A stretch of DNA of 64,000 bases from an uncultured virus (IMG/VR IMGVR_UViG_3300021197_001002) (taxonomy: Duplodnaviria > Heunggongvirae > Uroviricota > Caudoviricetes): IMG/VR virus record IMGVR_UViG_3300021197_001002. The stretch is one strand, 5' to 3'. Shown piece after piece: positions 36,421 to 50,900 of this stretch. The notes under the pieces were generated by a model. The model did no database searches, was not told the DNA's origin, and was given only the letters and a program-made list of their open reading frames with translations. Position numbers and translations under genes: made by a program. Every line of letters starts with the position of its first letter. Position 1 is the first letter of the stretch.

Positions 36421-37670
36421 GCCTAGCCACAATTACTTCTATGGCACAATCTGCCAAAGCAATAGGACCTGCTTTTCAAATGGCTGGTCAAATGATAAAA
36501 CAAGCCATTTCTGACTTATGGACTTGGTTTAAAACGAAATTTATCGACCCTGTAATGAATGGAATATCAGAAATAGGTGATTTTTTTGACAAGATTATGA
36601 ACCCTATTGAAACTATGAAGGAATCTTTGTTTGGAACGTTTGATAAATCTATTGATAAAGCCGCTGTATTAGAAGAAGCAGTATTAAGTGCATTCAACAA
36701 AGAATGGGATAAAATGTTGCACTTGGATGAGCGACCTGAATGGATGGATGAGGCCACTTGGCAAGAATTACAACTACAGTCCTCGCTTATGGCCGACCAA
36801 GAATGGGATGGAATGTTGGATTTAGATAAACCAAAACCCGATTGGATGACCAACGAACTTTGGGAAACACTTGGGAAGAAAGGTAAAGATGCCGCAAAAC
36901 AAGAGTGGTATTCGTATTTTTCTCCTGATGCGGAAAAACCTGATTGGATGGATAATACAACATGGGATGCACTAAAGGAAAAATCAGCAGGTGCGGCAAA
37001 CCAAGACTGGGACACATTTCTACACCGTACAGGAGAAAAACCTGATTGGATGACTGATGAAACTTGGGAAAACCTAAATGCAAAAATAGCCACAGAAGGT
37101 GAAGAGGGTGTTAAATCAATTGAAAATGCTTGGGATGGGCTGATTACGGACAGCGATGAACCTGAGTGGTCAAAAGAAACCTTTTGGCAAGAGGCTTCGG
37201 GTCAAATTAAAACAGAAATCCAACTTGCGTTTGAACATATAAAACAAGAAGGACTAAAATTAGCAAATGACCTTATTGGATTTTTTACGAAACCATTTAG
37301 TATGCTCAAAGATATGACAGGTGCAGGAACCGCATCATCTACTTATGATGCGGCTTCATCGTACTTAGATGGAAAAACAGGATTCAGTTTACCGTTTGCT
37401 GATGACGCTGTGATAGGTCCCGGTGCAGGTACGATTATCAAAAGACCCGAAGGAAGTATTCGATTAAATTCTAAAGATACTATAATTGCTGGAACAAACC
37501 TATTCGGCGGTGGCGGTGGCGGTGGCGGTACTGTAAACGTCGTAGTAAATGCCAGTGGTATTACAGACCGTACCGATAAGCGACAATTAGCACGAGAGAT
37601 TGGTAATATGATTCAGCAAGAAATGTCAAGAAGTATCGGTGGTACGACTATGCGGGGGCGGTATAGTTGA
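36417..37670 (+). CDS. Short tape measure protein with Trp-rich repeats
   Basis: Follows the frameshifted chaperones; helical N-terminus; poly-Gly then TVNVVVNA...LAREIG C-terminus typical of TMPs. Confidence 0.7.
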   Translation: MSLATITSMAQSAKAIGPAFQMAGQMIKQAISDLWTWFKTKFIDPVMNGISEIGDFFDKIMNPIETMKESLFGTFDKSIDKAAVLEEAVLSAFNKEWDKMLHLDERPEWMDEATWQELQLQSSLMADQEWDGMLDLDKPKPDWMTNELWETLGKKGKDAAKQEWYSYFSPDAEKPDWMDNTTWDALKEKSAGAANQDWDTFLHRTGEKPDWMTDETWENLNAKIATEGEEGVKSIENAWDGLITDSDEPEWSKETFWQEASGQIKTEIQLAFEHIKQEGLKLANDLIGFFTKPFSMLKDMTGAGTASSTYDAASSYLDGKTGFSLPFADDAVIGPGAGTIIKRPEGSIRLNSKDTIIAGTNLFGGGGGGGGTVNVVVNASGITDRTDKRQLAREIGNMIQQEMSRSIGGTTMRGRYS

Positions 37671-38932
37671 GTACTGGTGCGAGTATGACCCCTGTGCGTT
37701 TGGTAAGCCAAAACGGTAATACATACGCACTAAACTGTACTTCTATATCTATGGACATTGATAGAAAAGTTGTAGCAATGCCTATGCCCTTTGCAGACAG
37801 TTATCGTATAACTGCTGATTTAAATTTAACCACAAGTGTAATCACTCTTGAAGGATATATTGTAGATAATGATGTGAGTGAAATAGATTTTACAAGAAAT
37901 GCTTCTGGTTTTATCGACTTTGAAAGATTAGCAGATGGTCGTACATTAACTACTGCAAACGACTTTGCTGAAAATATAGAGGCGTATCTGAATCAAGATG
38001 TAGCGAAAAATGTTCAGTTAAATAACCATACTTATTTTCAAAATTTTGGATTCCTTTTAGATGATGGTACGGGAGTACGTAAAAGTATAATGTTTGGTGT
38101 CATAAGCGCACAATTTGTTGCTCATTCTATTTCAGGATTAGATTATGTATTGAGAATACATGACGGAACAAACCCACAAACAAATGCACAAATCGCCGCT
38201 AATTTAGTTGCATTACTCAATACATCTGATTTTTCAAAAATAACACCAAGTTCAGAAATAGGGCATAAAGGTGGTGCGGGTACAAAGGTCGTTATGACAT
38301 ACACTAATCCTCCAAGTGTCGGAGATGGAACAGGGGATTATGAAAATAATTTCACTCCCATTTGTACAGGAAAGGCTTGGGTTACTTCTGCTAATACTCC
38401 TAAATTGTATACAAGTGCGATTACTGGTGGAATTGCTTCAAGTGCAACAAGTAATGGAAAAATGAGTGCTGGTGATACGGTACAGCAACTTACTGCCATT
38501 ATTGGTAATTCTAACAATGAATGGGGTAAAGGAGAGACTGGAGGGTTTTCAGCCGCATTCAGTACTGGAAGTAGTGATTACATAAATGGTTTACAAATTC
38601 CATTTGTATCGAAAAGAAATTTAGAAGTCGGAGAAGATTCTACTACTCGATATTTTTATTCTCTAACTGGATATGATGTAGAAGATGGAGATGATTTTAC
38701 CTTTTTATCAGGGGGAACAACTACAGGAGATGATTTTGGTGGTTCTCTTGAAAAAGAAATATTTGCCGATTTTGCAAAACCAGCAGGAACAGATTTTGAA
38801 CATAGGGCTAATGGAATAACATTTACAGGTATTAAGGCAATAGTAGACAAAGCGACATTTGTTCAAATGGGAGGAGAACCTAATATCTATTCATTTACTA
38901 TTCTAATGTTACCAACAAACCAAGTACTATGA
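37667..38932 (+). CDS. Putative distal tail/baseplate protein
   Basis: Position after the TMP; ITLEGYIVD and YSFTILM at the termini. Confidence 0.5.
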   Translation: MSTGASMTPVRLVSQNGNTYALNCTSISMDIDRKVVAMPMPFADSYRITADLNLTTSVITLEGYIVDNDVSEIDFTRNASGFIDFERLADGRTLTTANDFAENIEAYLNQDVAKNVQLNNHTYFQNFGFLLDDGTGVRKSIMFGVISAQFVAHSISGLDYVLRIHDGTNPQTNAQIAANLVALLNTSDFSKITPSSEIGHKGGAGTKVVMTYTNPPSVGDGTGDYENNFTPICTGKAWVTSANTPKLYTSAITGGIASSATSNGKMSAGDTVQQLTAIIGNSNNEWGKGETGGFSAAFSTGSSDYINGLQIPFVSKRNLEVGEDSTTRYFYSLTGYDVEDGDDFTFLSGGTTTGDDFGGSLEKEIFADFAKPAGTDFEHRANGITFTGIKAIVDKATFVQMGGEPNIYSFTILMLPTNQVL

Positions 38933-38941
38933 GATGATACT

Positions 38942-41900
38942 ATGGTTGCAATTGGTAGAACAAGTCATGCTTACTTCTTTGATGGAGTATCAGATTCTAT
39001 CATTATACCTCAAAGTCGATTTAATAGTACGGGTGTAGAGAGAAATGACAACAAATTGCCATTATCAACCCTATCTGATATTGAATTAGAAAACACAATT
39101 GGGAGTATTTCAAATGCAGATTTCACTATTGAAGCATGGGTTATACCAGATTGTGGTGGTATTGTAGCAAAAAGAGATGGTCAATTTACATTAGAAATAG
39201 GTACAGTAGATACTGCTGGACCTGCAAAATTTACTTTATTTATGGAAACGGGAGTGGGAGTTCAAGCCATAGAAGTTACTTCTGCAACTCCTGAATCAAA
39301 CCGCTGGAAAGGTACGGTATTCCCTTCTCAAGAATTTGGAGGAATACATGAATCATATAATAGATTTAACACTTCAAGTTACGGAGAGGCATCGGGATTA
39401 AATTTTAAGAACAGGCCATTGTATCACGTAGTCGGTACTTACGTAAACAATTCAATCGAACTCTATGTCAATAATGTATTGATAGCAAAAGAAACAGTAC
39501 CAGATTTTTATCGTATTTCAGACACTAACGGGCATGTATATCTTGGAGGAGAAGGTGGAGAGTTTAGAGGTGCTATTGAAAGTATACACTTTTCTAATTC
39601 AGCAGGAAGTAATATTTTTTCCAATGAAGCACCAACACTTGGAGATACAAGCACAGGAATGTACCGATTTGAAGAACCACTTGACATTGTAGAAACCGTA
39701 TACACAATGAATGCTGTTACTGCGGCTTCTAATGGTTCTACAACGACTATCACGATTGGTGCGTCTGATGCTCAAAGTTTAATTGCTAAATTAACTGGTA
39801 AAGCCTATGATAGCAGTAGTCCTACAACAGACTTTACCGCTTCACCATACAGTATGGGTAAGTACAAAGTGAATGATTTCTATTCTACACCGGGTACTTC
39901 TGCTACATTATCTATAGCACACACACCGTATAACTTGCTCATTAATGCTGGTTCCCTAAATCGTAATACGTTCAAGCCAAATCAAAAACCACCTGAAAGA
40001 GTGCGCTTGCATTCTATTAATGGCAGTAGTGGTGTTATTACGATTAGTAGTATACACGTTGATTTTGTAAATGGTACGGGTGGACTACGTGGATTACTTC
40101 ATTCACGAACCGCTGATATTGACAATTACTTTGTTGTTGTTGGTGCTGATTTATTGGTCGATAACGGTACAGGAAAACCGTATCAACCACCTCATTATGG
40201 AACTCAAATATTTGATAAAACAGGTCAAATGGTACTCGATGAAAGTGAAACTCAATCTCACGGATTAGTTTATTCATCAAGAATGGCTACAACGACTACT
40301 GATGCAACTAATCCATTTGCTGTAGTGTGGCCTACTACTCTCGATGAATTGTTCCAAGTAGGGCATAGTGGCCGTCATGCGTTATCTCACATTACTGGTC
40401 ATGAATATATGAGAAAGTTACCTAAACCTAACGCTATGTCTGTAGACCAAATAATGGATGGTTCTGCTGATTTAGTTTCTATGCATTATGATTCTTCTCA
40501 AAAGAATCTAAGAGACACCATAAAAATGAATAGTTTGATTGACGTATACGCTGAAAATGTTCGTGGTGTAGTATCAAGCCATCTTAATAGCAGTTCTGTC
40601 GCATCGCTTGTAAATAATGGATTACCAGTAGCGGCAAGAGAACTTATTGCTATAGGTGGTGCTGGCTTTGAAATTAGACCGTTCTTTTTGAAAGGTCCTG
40701 TTCCTAATAAGTATAACGATGAAAGTACCCGATTATATCACTTACGACCAGAAAAAGAATCTCGTATTGCATTACTAAAGGTTCCTGCTTTGCAATCTTC
40801 TTATGACCTTGCACCCTTTGTAGAAATACATTACAATGCAATAGATTTGACTGGTGCGAGTATGGGTATATCAGGTCCTATGCTTATGATAGAAAAAACT
40901 GTACCTGCCTGTTCTCACATTCTAAGCGGCTCTACACGGGTATTGGATGTCATAACATCTGATTTAGCGAATACAGAACTCTATTCAGCGGGTGGGATTG
41001 TAACATTAACTAAATTAAGTGGTAAGAGTTATGCTCTATTGAATGACGGACATTTAGTTGGTGATAATACTGGTGGTAATGAAGTTGATAATGAACTCGA
41101 TTTTAGTAATACTCCAGCGGTATATACGCCTGTGAGTGATGTTTCAGCAGAACCAGCATCACCACCAAAAGCAATAAACAAGTCTCACAATTCAGGAAAC
41201 CATGAATCTGTGTATCATAGATTGATTTTAACACCAAGAAGAAATGATATTGCTACTACGTCTGCTACAAAGACAATGCGATTGAATGTTCATAAAACAA
41301 ATTCTACTGCTGGTCAATTCGATATAGGAACTACAAATCTTTCTGCTCATATGTTTGAAGTCTTTGATATAATAGACAATAAAGTATCACCTAATCTTGC
41401 CGAAGTACAATTGTTTATTCAACCTTCTAACAAGAATCGCACCAATCAATTTCATAATCTTGTGGATTTGTTTTCTGATAATGATTCATTTTGTAGATTT
41501 AATTTGTTGCAATTAATTTCTCGTGGTACGGTAAGAAGCGTCAATGAATCGTTTGATGATTCTAATACGCAACACACGGAAGTAATCATAAGAGGCATTG
41601 GTGAAAAAGTACTTTCCCAAAATGTCAATGTTACAGGAAGCGGTTCGCCTGATTCACACGTTGTAAAGGAAATAGAACCGAACTCACCTGTAGTAACAGT
41701 AACGCTCGGAGGACCCGGACAAGGTGCTGTAAACACTAAGCCGACCTTTGACCCATCGCCCTTGATGCGTTTACCCGGTTCTTCTCGTCGTATGTGCGCT
41801 GTACAAATGACAAAATTATCGGCAAAGAATGGCTCTAACGGTATTGAAAATACAATTACAGTACAACCACTAAACAATTTATCAGATGATATTGCTTCGT

Positions 41901-44900
41901 GGGGAACATATTGTTTCCCAAAGAAGGGGCGAATTTATCTTGCAGATGGTGCGAGTGCTGAATATCAATCAAAAGTAGGTGTAGGATTTTCATTTAATGG
42001 AGGAAGTATAGTTGATAGAACATACTTATCAGCCGAAGGTACTGCGTTTGCTACGTTTTATGAATGGGCGAAAGTAACTGGAATATTACGTGGCACAGCA
42101 TCAAGTGGGAATGTTGTATCAGAAACCTCAACTGTATACATTTACAATGAAAATAACTTTAATGATGACTCTCTTGTACAAGATGGAAGTACAGTAAATG
42201 ACCGGTTATTCCAATCTATGAATGATGTAAACCACGATTATCAACTTGGTACTCAATATTCAAGCACTCGTGCAATGGTGGAAATACCATTCTTTCCTCA
42301 ACAATTTTTTGAACAAGCAAACGAAGGTATTTTTCCGGGTCCTGACAACAGTATGAAAATTCATATTGATGCTACTCATACAGCACATACGTGGAATCCT
42401 ACTCCAGTAGGTCGAAGGGCAGATGATATTCAAGCGGCTGATAGAGGTGCATTTTCTTCTTATTCCTACAATATAAGTGGACAAAATTTTGTTTCTTCTG
42501 CTACTATTACTAAAGTTGAATATGATTCGTCAAGTAAATCCTACAGAATTTTTGTTTCTCATCCTGCATTATTTCCTCCTGTATCTAATCAAAAGAATTA
42601 CAGAAATATGAAATCTTTATGGAGATACAGAAGGGCGTTTATCGCTGATGGCAAATGGTGTATTTACATAAATGACCCAAGTTCTGATGGTTATCTACAA
42701 ATAAATGAAAATGAAAGTGCAACAGGTGGTATTTTATCTGGTTCATATTCAGAAGGATTTTTTGAATCAGCAATTGCACAAACATCTATTTTTGTCGCTC
42801 AAGGATATAGAAGTGAAAATTTAGTTCCTCTTGATTCTGATGGTGAAACACCTTCATCAGACTTTGAAGGGAGAAGTCCATATTATCACGACAATGCTAA
42901 CGTACAAACACAAGGAGGAAATCTTGATTATGGATTACGACAATATGTAAGTGCTATTGAACTAAAAGCAGGTCCTCTATCTAACCCCCATGCACCTAAA
43001 GTGCAATCAAAAAGGGCTGAAAGTAGAGTTGTTGCTGGAGGTGGTGCATTTGGATTTTATTCTTTTATTGTAGAAAATGCAGATTTATTCCCTGAAACTG
43101 TAGAATATACAAAAGATGCAAGTGGAGTTTTTAATATTTCAGAAGGGGATTTACTTTACATTGGAGAGATGGAATTATCTGATGGGAGTACATATGAAGG
43201 ATTATTTTTAGGAAGAATTTTTAGTGAACAAAAACAATTACTGTATTGGCTTTCATCACATACTATAGATGTAAATAATGCAACATTTAGAATGAAACGT
43301 GTAGGACGTTCTAAGTATGCTTTATCTACATCATCTGCCTTTACTACTGGGTCCGCCGCTATAACTTTTTTACCTGATACTGCTGAACAATGGACTATTG
43401 CCGCTAATGCAAGTGCGGATAGTACTACTTCAATACAAATTACTCCAGCAACAGCAAACCGTTTGGCTCATGCAAATACCATTGGTATGAATATTCGTAA
43501 AGGCGATGAATTATTTTTTGAAGATGCTTCTGATTCAAATGCAATAAAATATTTAGGTGTAGTTGAAACGGTGCTTTCAAACCTTGCAGGGGGTGCAACT
43601 AACACAGTAGTTACGTTATCCGCTAACAATGCTAATGTTATTGCTATAGGGGATAAAATTCGATTAGGTGCGGCAAGCGTAATGGCAGAAGATTTAGACG
43701 CAATACTGAATACTACATGGTTAAATCCATTTGCACAGGGTGGTATGCGAAATGGAGATACAGTATGGATGAATATGACACTCAACAACCCACACGCTGT
43801 AGAAGGACTATTTTGCAAGAGTAGGGGTGTGTTAAATGAAGGGGCTGTATGGACAGGATTCAATGGTGGGAAAGGGGCTTTAGCGAATAGACCTCGTGAT
43901 TCGATTCCATTAGAAAATTTCCTTATTGGAAATTCTTGTTTTGAAACAGCGCAAAACTTAGTACAGCATATTAACAAAACTGTAGAAATGAATTACGAAG
44001 CAATGGGTCTTTCTACTTCTCAAGCACCTACTGTAGCGTATTTAGACCCTTATTCGGCAACGGAAGGCAATGCTCGTGTCTTATTATATGACGTAGGACA
44101 TGATAGAGAATTTATTGCTTTCCATGATATACATATGCAAGTTCAATCAAGTGCGGCTACACCGCACATAGGTTTTGGACGTGAAATTGTTCACGCTGGC
44201 GGTGTAACAAAATTGGATAAATTTCTCATGACACACAACGGTGGCGCACCACATTACTTTACTACACAAATTGACGTAGCCAATGGATTCCCAAGTGAAA
44301 ATAAGTATCTCCGTTCTACTCAACAATCTAAATTTATTGAATCAGCATACGCACACGATATTGCTAATTCACCTACTGGTGAATTTAGTATTGAAGATTT
44401 TACAGGTGGAACACCTACTGCGGCTGGTAAAAATAAAATTTTGAAAGGAAAAGGACATGGACACTTTGTACATAGTGGTTACATGTACGGACATACAAAT
44501 AATACATTCACAATAAGTGATAATGCATTACCTCGAAATCAACCAGCGGTTGCATCTATTTATTGGGCTAATGAATTGCATCCAATTACTCGTTCTCCAA
44601 GTAAAGATTCGTTCATAAGGTCGCTTAAATTACATAGAGAACTTCAAGGTGCAATAAATAAAACACACACGTTTAGAGATTCTAGTACCCTATTTGATAC
44701 ACCTGATGGTACACGATGTATATCGGCGTTTTTATGTTTAAAGGGTAATCGCACTACAGAATTAGATTTAACTGCACACGATGAAGGACGACTAAAACAT
44801 TTGAAACATTGGACACAAATGGATTTTATTCGACGTTTGGTTATTGATTGTGGTGAAGTAGGTTTCAAAGAAGGTGTAACGGATATTGAAGCGGCTACTC

Positions 44901-47900
44901 GTGAGATTGTACGCTTAATCAATCAGGCTGGTGCTAAGAATGGAAGAACTCACGCTCGTAGACCTTCTAATCAATATCCCGGTGAAAGTGATAGATTGGG
45001 GCTTGATACGATAGGTGGACTTAAACAAACAATTAGTGGTTTTAAAGACCCTTCATCTCCACATATTAATGCTGATTTCGCCGCTACAGGTTCTACACAT
45101 GACCCTGCCCCGTGGTGGTTCCCTGACGAGTCCTTTGATTCACATGACAGGGGAAGCCACATGGGATATGTAAGAGCGCACATCGGGCGTGTTGTAGAAG
45201 ATGTCAATGGAAATGAAGGATTTTCTGTTATTATACACTCTACTATACCGGGTGCAAGTGGTCGTAATTTCTGTGTTTGGCTTGATAATAGTAAAGGGCA
45301 AGCACCTTACAAGCCTCAATTTTTGATTGGTCATGGTGGAAGATTTAGAAATTTCTGGTGTCAACCTGACGAAATAAGCGGTGAAAATATGCACCCTGCG
45401 CCTATGCCTCTTAACAAGCATGGAAGGCCGTTTGCACCTATTACATCGCTTCGTGAGTACACTCTTCAAGAAGAACCAGCAGAAGGTATTACAAACAACC
45501 ATGACATCACAGGGCGAGATAGTGCCGAAGCAAAGGTACGTAATGTTTCAGCACACATTGGTGGAATAAATCACAATACAGTAAGTGATGAATCTTTTGA
45601 AATTCAAGGAGTTGCTACTTCTTTAGTTGAAGGACTACGAGCAGGTAAAACCGCAGTAGGTCGAATTAACTTTGGTGGTTTAGTAGCGTCGGGTATACCC
45701 GGCTTTGCCCCCGATGCGAGTGAATATGGGTTAGGTGTAAGAGGGGATAAGCGGTTTGACTTTAAATACGGAGAAGCAATAAGTCCCGGTGGCACAGACC
45801 CTACAACAATTGATACGTATACTGGAAACACTAATTCAGAAAAACTTCGTGCTGATAAAGTAGGAAATAGTAATTTATACGGATTTAGATTTACCGACCA
45901 TCGAGGAAACGGTTATGGAGTAAGATACGTATATCGTAAATTTGGAGAAAACTTTAGCAATCAAAATACTATATTACCTGCTACATTAGATGATGAAATA
46001 ATGGTTTACATTAACGATGATGATATTTCAATGGGTGGATTTACTATTGGAGGACACATGCTTGGATTTGGAGAACCAAGTGGGCGTATTGATAATACCA
46101 CTTTACAATTTTCAAAATGGAGAGGCAATGAATGGCGAGGTGTTTATGCACCCGAAGCAGGTGTAGATTCAATTGTTACTTGGGATGGAAGTGCAACTAC
46201 TCTTACAGTATTCTTACGAGCACCATTTAATACAACGAATACAGATTTAAACAATCATCCAGATATACTTGGTTATCTCGGTTATCCGAAAACAAACGGT
46301 GTTATTCATCTGCATGATACCTTTACTGGTACAACTGCAAAAGGATTCATTGGAAACGTCCTATCATATGAGTCGAGGACTACAAATGATATTACAGGGG
46401 CGCATGTATTTCATGGTGTTCGAGGCGATGGTTTTGCTTCTTCACATTATCTTACAGGGGCTAAAGCGAATACCTTTTCAGATGCAACTTGTGATACAAA
46501 TCATACATCTGGATTATCGGATGGTTCATCTACAAACGTAAGACACATTACAATGGATTCTACAGCAAGTTTAGAGACAGGGATGAGTGTTACGGGTGAT
46601 GGTATACCTGCAAATGCAACAGTTGCCGCAATAAACAATTCAACTTGCTTTACCTTAAGTGCTGATACAATTGCCACTAATGCTAACACAACACTTGTAT
46701 TCGGTGCTGGTCATTTAGCAGATGCGGCGACTACACAACCTCATGCGTCAAATAATGTATTTAGAGTATTGATGTCATCAAGAATAAATTGGACTACGCT
46801 ACTCACAGATGAAGTATTAGCATACGCTACAATGGAAGCAATCAATCATCCTAATTTGAATAATGAAGCAGGATTTATTGTAGATTGTACGCATTTGTAT
46901 GCTTGTGATGGAAGAACATTAGGTGAATGGGGGTTGGCAAAGGATGCTGTAATCATAAGAGCATTTAATACTCAAAGAAATACAGCATCCTTATCGAATA
47001 TGTTTAGTGCTACACTTCATACTGACTTTGGAATACACGGCGCACATCTTGAATACGGTGAATATGAAACAATGAAACGAAATGCATCAACAGGTTTGCA
47101 CGTTTTAGGAACATCTGCTACTGTACATAAACCTGTAAGTGATGCTATTCTTGACAAAAATAGACAAATTGACTGTGGGTATTTACCTAAGACTTTACTT
47201 CAAATTAGAACAAAAGGTAAAGGGTATCATGCAAATACGCCTACTCCTAATTTAGTAGATTCGTTTAACAATCCTGTTCCTATTACAAATTGGAGAAATA
47301 ATCTAAAGGGTATTTCATTCACATCTTTTAGCGGCGACCATATTCTTCCTGCATTGAATAATCCATTAATTGTTTCAGGTTCGTATACTCATAGTGGTAA
47401 AATATTTACTGCGGGGAGTTCCAATATAACTCACGCTCTTATACCAGCAGGTCAAGAAAGTTCTTCGATAAGCGGTAAAGCCAAGAAAGTATCTTATGGA
47501 GAAAGATTAAGATATTATTTTAATGATGATAATTATGCATTGTTAAATTCAATTCAAGGTTCTGATTCACTTACAAAAGTAGAATGGGTTGCAGAAATTT
47601 CTAATGATAAATGGGCTTCTTACTTTACTGGTGATAAATCATTAGCCATGATATTACAGCGTTTTGGAGATAGAAATATAGATGGCTATCGCTCATTCGG
47701 TTCTGTAGATTCTGAACCTGTAATTTACTTCAAGGGTGGCAGGGATAGCAATGACCATAGTGTACCGCTTTACTTTGGTGGTGGATTTAGCGGTGTGGTA
47801 ATGGATGTTAATGATGGTACTGAAAACGACTATTCTGATTTCTATACTCATCCATATTCTACAGGTCCTACGGGTACTGCTGGTATACAAAACGCCAATG

Positions 47901-50900
47901 AAATTTCAACTTCTTTTGCTTTGATAGATTGTAACGCTTTACTCGCTTTCTTCCCCGCTACGCCTCTTTTGAATCAACATCGAGGAAGTTTGACTCATCC
48001 TGTAGCAAACAAAAACAATGTAGTTTCACCAGATATAGACAATGGTGCTTTTGCTGTTAACTCATCATTACCCGCACCTGTAAAGGCAAGATATAGTGCC
48101 GGAACAGTATTACAAAGACCAGTGCCAGTCATTGTACGAGTTGCAAACCCTAATGCTCGTTATTCGGATAGAGTGCATACAAGTACACATACAACCTTTG
48201 CAATATACGGTCCCGGTCAAGCATTCCCATTTACTGAAATGGGAACCGTAAACACAGACGAACAGCCACATCCCGGTTATGTGGTTACTACAGGTAACAC
48301 ATGGAGTAAAGTACCATTCGGGCTTAACTTACCCAATGATATTAAAAATTCAGTAGACCAATATTCACCACCAATAGGAACATATATGGCCGCAAGAAAT
48401 CGTTTCCATTGGAATTATAAATGGAATTGGTCGCCAGCACAAGGAACTCCTAACATTGGTGATATAGGAACAACTGCTGGATTAGGACAGCGACCAGACC
48501 ACGGTTATCATTATGGTGAGCACTTTAGTTTTACTCAAACTATGAATGCAAATAACCTTCCTGATTTTAAGAAAGCACATCCGTATAAACACGTAGGTGC
48601 AATGTATTACGGAATAGCAATGGGTGCTGATTTGACGTTCCATATGGACGGTGGTTATCATCCCGGTGGCTCATGGTTAGATAATCAAATGTCTTTCAAT
48701 CCTCCAAATACAACAGGTGATTACAAAATAAAACGAGGACAAAACATTGTACACCCAACGTCGTTTAGAGTATCGGGATTGTTGGCAAAACAAATTATTT
48801 CTGGTGTTTCTAATGAAAATATTTCTTCAATATTTGAACCTGAAATAGTAATTGTTGATGGTACTCGATGTCAAAACGGAGAAGAACTCGCTACTATTCT
48901 TGGACAGGCTATGAATGAGTTCCCGGGTAAGAGTGCAATAAAAGCAATGGGTGGTACTTTTGCACCATCAATGGGTAATGCTATGAGACAAGACCGATAT
49001 GGTTGGATTGAGTTAGACTTCTCCAGTTATACTGTTCCGGGTGCAATTTCAGGTACGTTTAATCTCACATCTTCCTTTGTACAAGCGGCGGCAACTGCTT
49101 CTAATGCTACACAAGAACAGTTAGAACAGATACCTGCTTCTGGATGGTTAAGAACAAGTACAGGAGGGCAAAGCGATGTTAGTAGTCCCGGTGATGTACC
49201 TACTTTTGCACCATACCATAGCCGAGAAGTTGTATATGCAGGTGGTGCGTGGTATGTTGTATTTTTACTTGCACCTAACAAACATTCGTTATATCCATTA
49301 TTTGAAGATTCAAAAACATATGAAGATAAATTTCAAGGCACTTTTAATGCTGTGAGTTCTATACCTACACTTTCTTCATTGCCATCTAAGTTATATGTGT
49401 GGTCTAAGGCAGGTGTACATCGTTTCAACAATGAAAATGAAGTAACACGGGACCATATGACACAAGCGCACTTTAGTGGTGTTGTTGATGCTATTGACCG
49501 TACACGACCTATAGGTGCTATAGGGTGGGCTGGAGAGCGATATTCTTACCTTAATTCCATTAAAACCGCTACATCGGTAATTACTGATGCAACCTGTGAT
49601 TATAATAATGACCCTACAATTACAATGGATTCAACAGCATCCTTAGTTGTTGGAAATGGAGTGAGTGGGACTGGTATACCTGCGGGTGCATATGTAGCAA
49701 GTATTACTAATGCTACTACATTTGAATTATCAGTTTCTACTACGGGTGGTGCTGTAACAAATGGTGAACTTACATTTACAACAAATCTTTACGGTGCAGG
49801 TTTAGGTGCTTGGCATCCTAAACTTGGTTTTAGCCCGTATGGTTCGAGTAATTCATGTATGACAGCCTATGGACATTTACCACATACAAGACCAATAAAA
49901 TACTCACCCGAAGCAATAAGAAGAATTAACGGGCAAACTGGTGCTGATACTGTAATTACAACTCCTTATACATTTAACACAAGTTTACCTCATGGGAATG
50001 GATTTTACACGAGTAGTAATATTAGTGGAGTTACAGGACAAGGTACAGAATTTGCATCAAAAGATGGAGACTTAGGTGATGTACCAATTCACGTTACAGA
50101 TAATACAGATACATCTTTTGATATTTTAAATAATTTACATAAACCACAAGGGGTATACAGTAGAGCATTTGTAGTTGTTTCATATGAAAGTGAATTTGCT
50201 TTGATTGGAAAGCATGACCGTGATGGAATTACTGCTACTGGAGATTGGTTAACTGTAGTATCTAAAACGAAGATAGATTCGGTATCAGCCGCAGATGCAA
50301 TTAAATTTGCAGGTACAGTACAATGGGATGAACGAATACACAATAGTGAGCGATTTATTGCACCAGCAAATGCAGGTCCTAATATCGAAGCATTAGTTAG
50401 TGACAGTTTTGCTTTCCCTACTGATGACTATGTATCAAGTGGTATAACAATACCTAATCTTTCTTCTGATGAACAATTATTCAATGCTGTACCTTGTCTT
50501 AACCCGATAGGAGATTTATTCTTTGACTTAGATGAAAGTCCGGGTTCACTTAACTTAGAAGATGCATCTGATGTAGAAAGAAATATACGATTAAAGTATA
50601 TCACTTCTACTGACAGCGAAATTACAAGCAGATATTCTCATGGTCGTTCTTTTTGGATGGGTGATATTAACGCATTTGAGTTGGATGAAGATTCCCCTGT
50701 AAAGAATTTTTCAGTTGAACACATAGTATGGAAGCGAATGGATGGTGGTAATCTCTCATTACCAGCAGTTAATGCTCGTGGGTTAGGTTCTGTACCATTT
50801 GTAACTCGTGTTAGTAGTGATGGTGCAACAGGTTATCTAACAGGGGAGAAATTATTAGGTAACAATCGTTTTTCTTTTGAAACCACTAATAGTGCAATGT

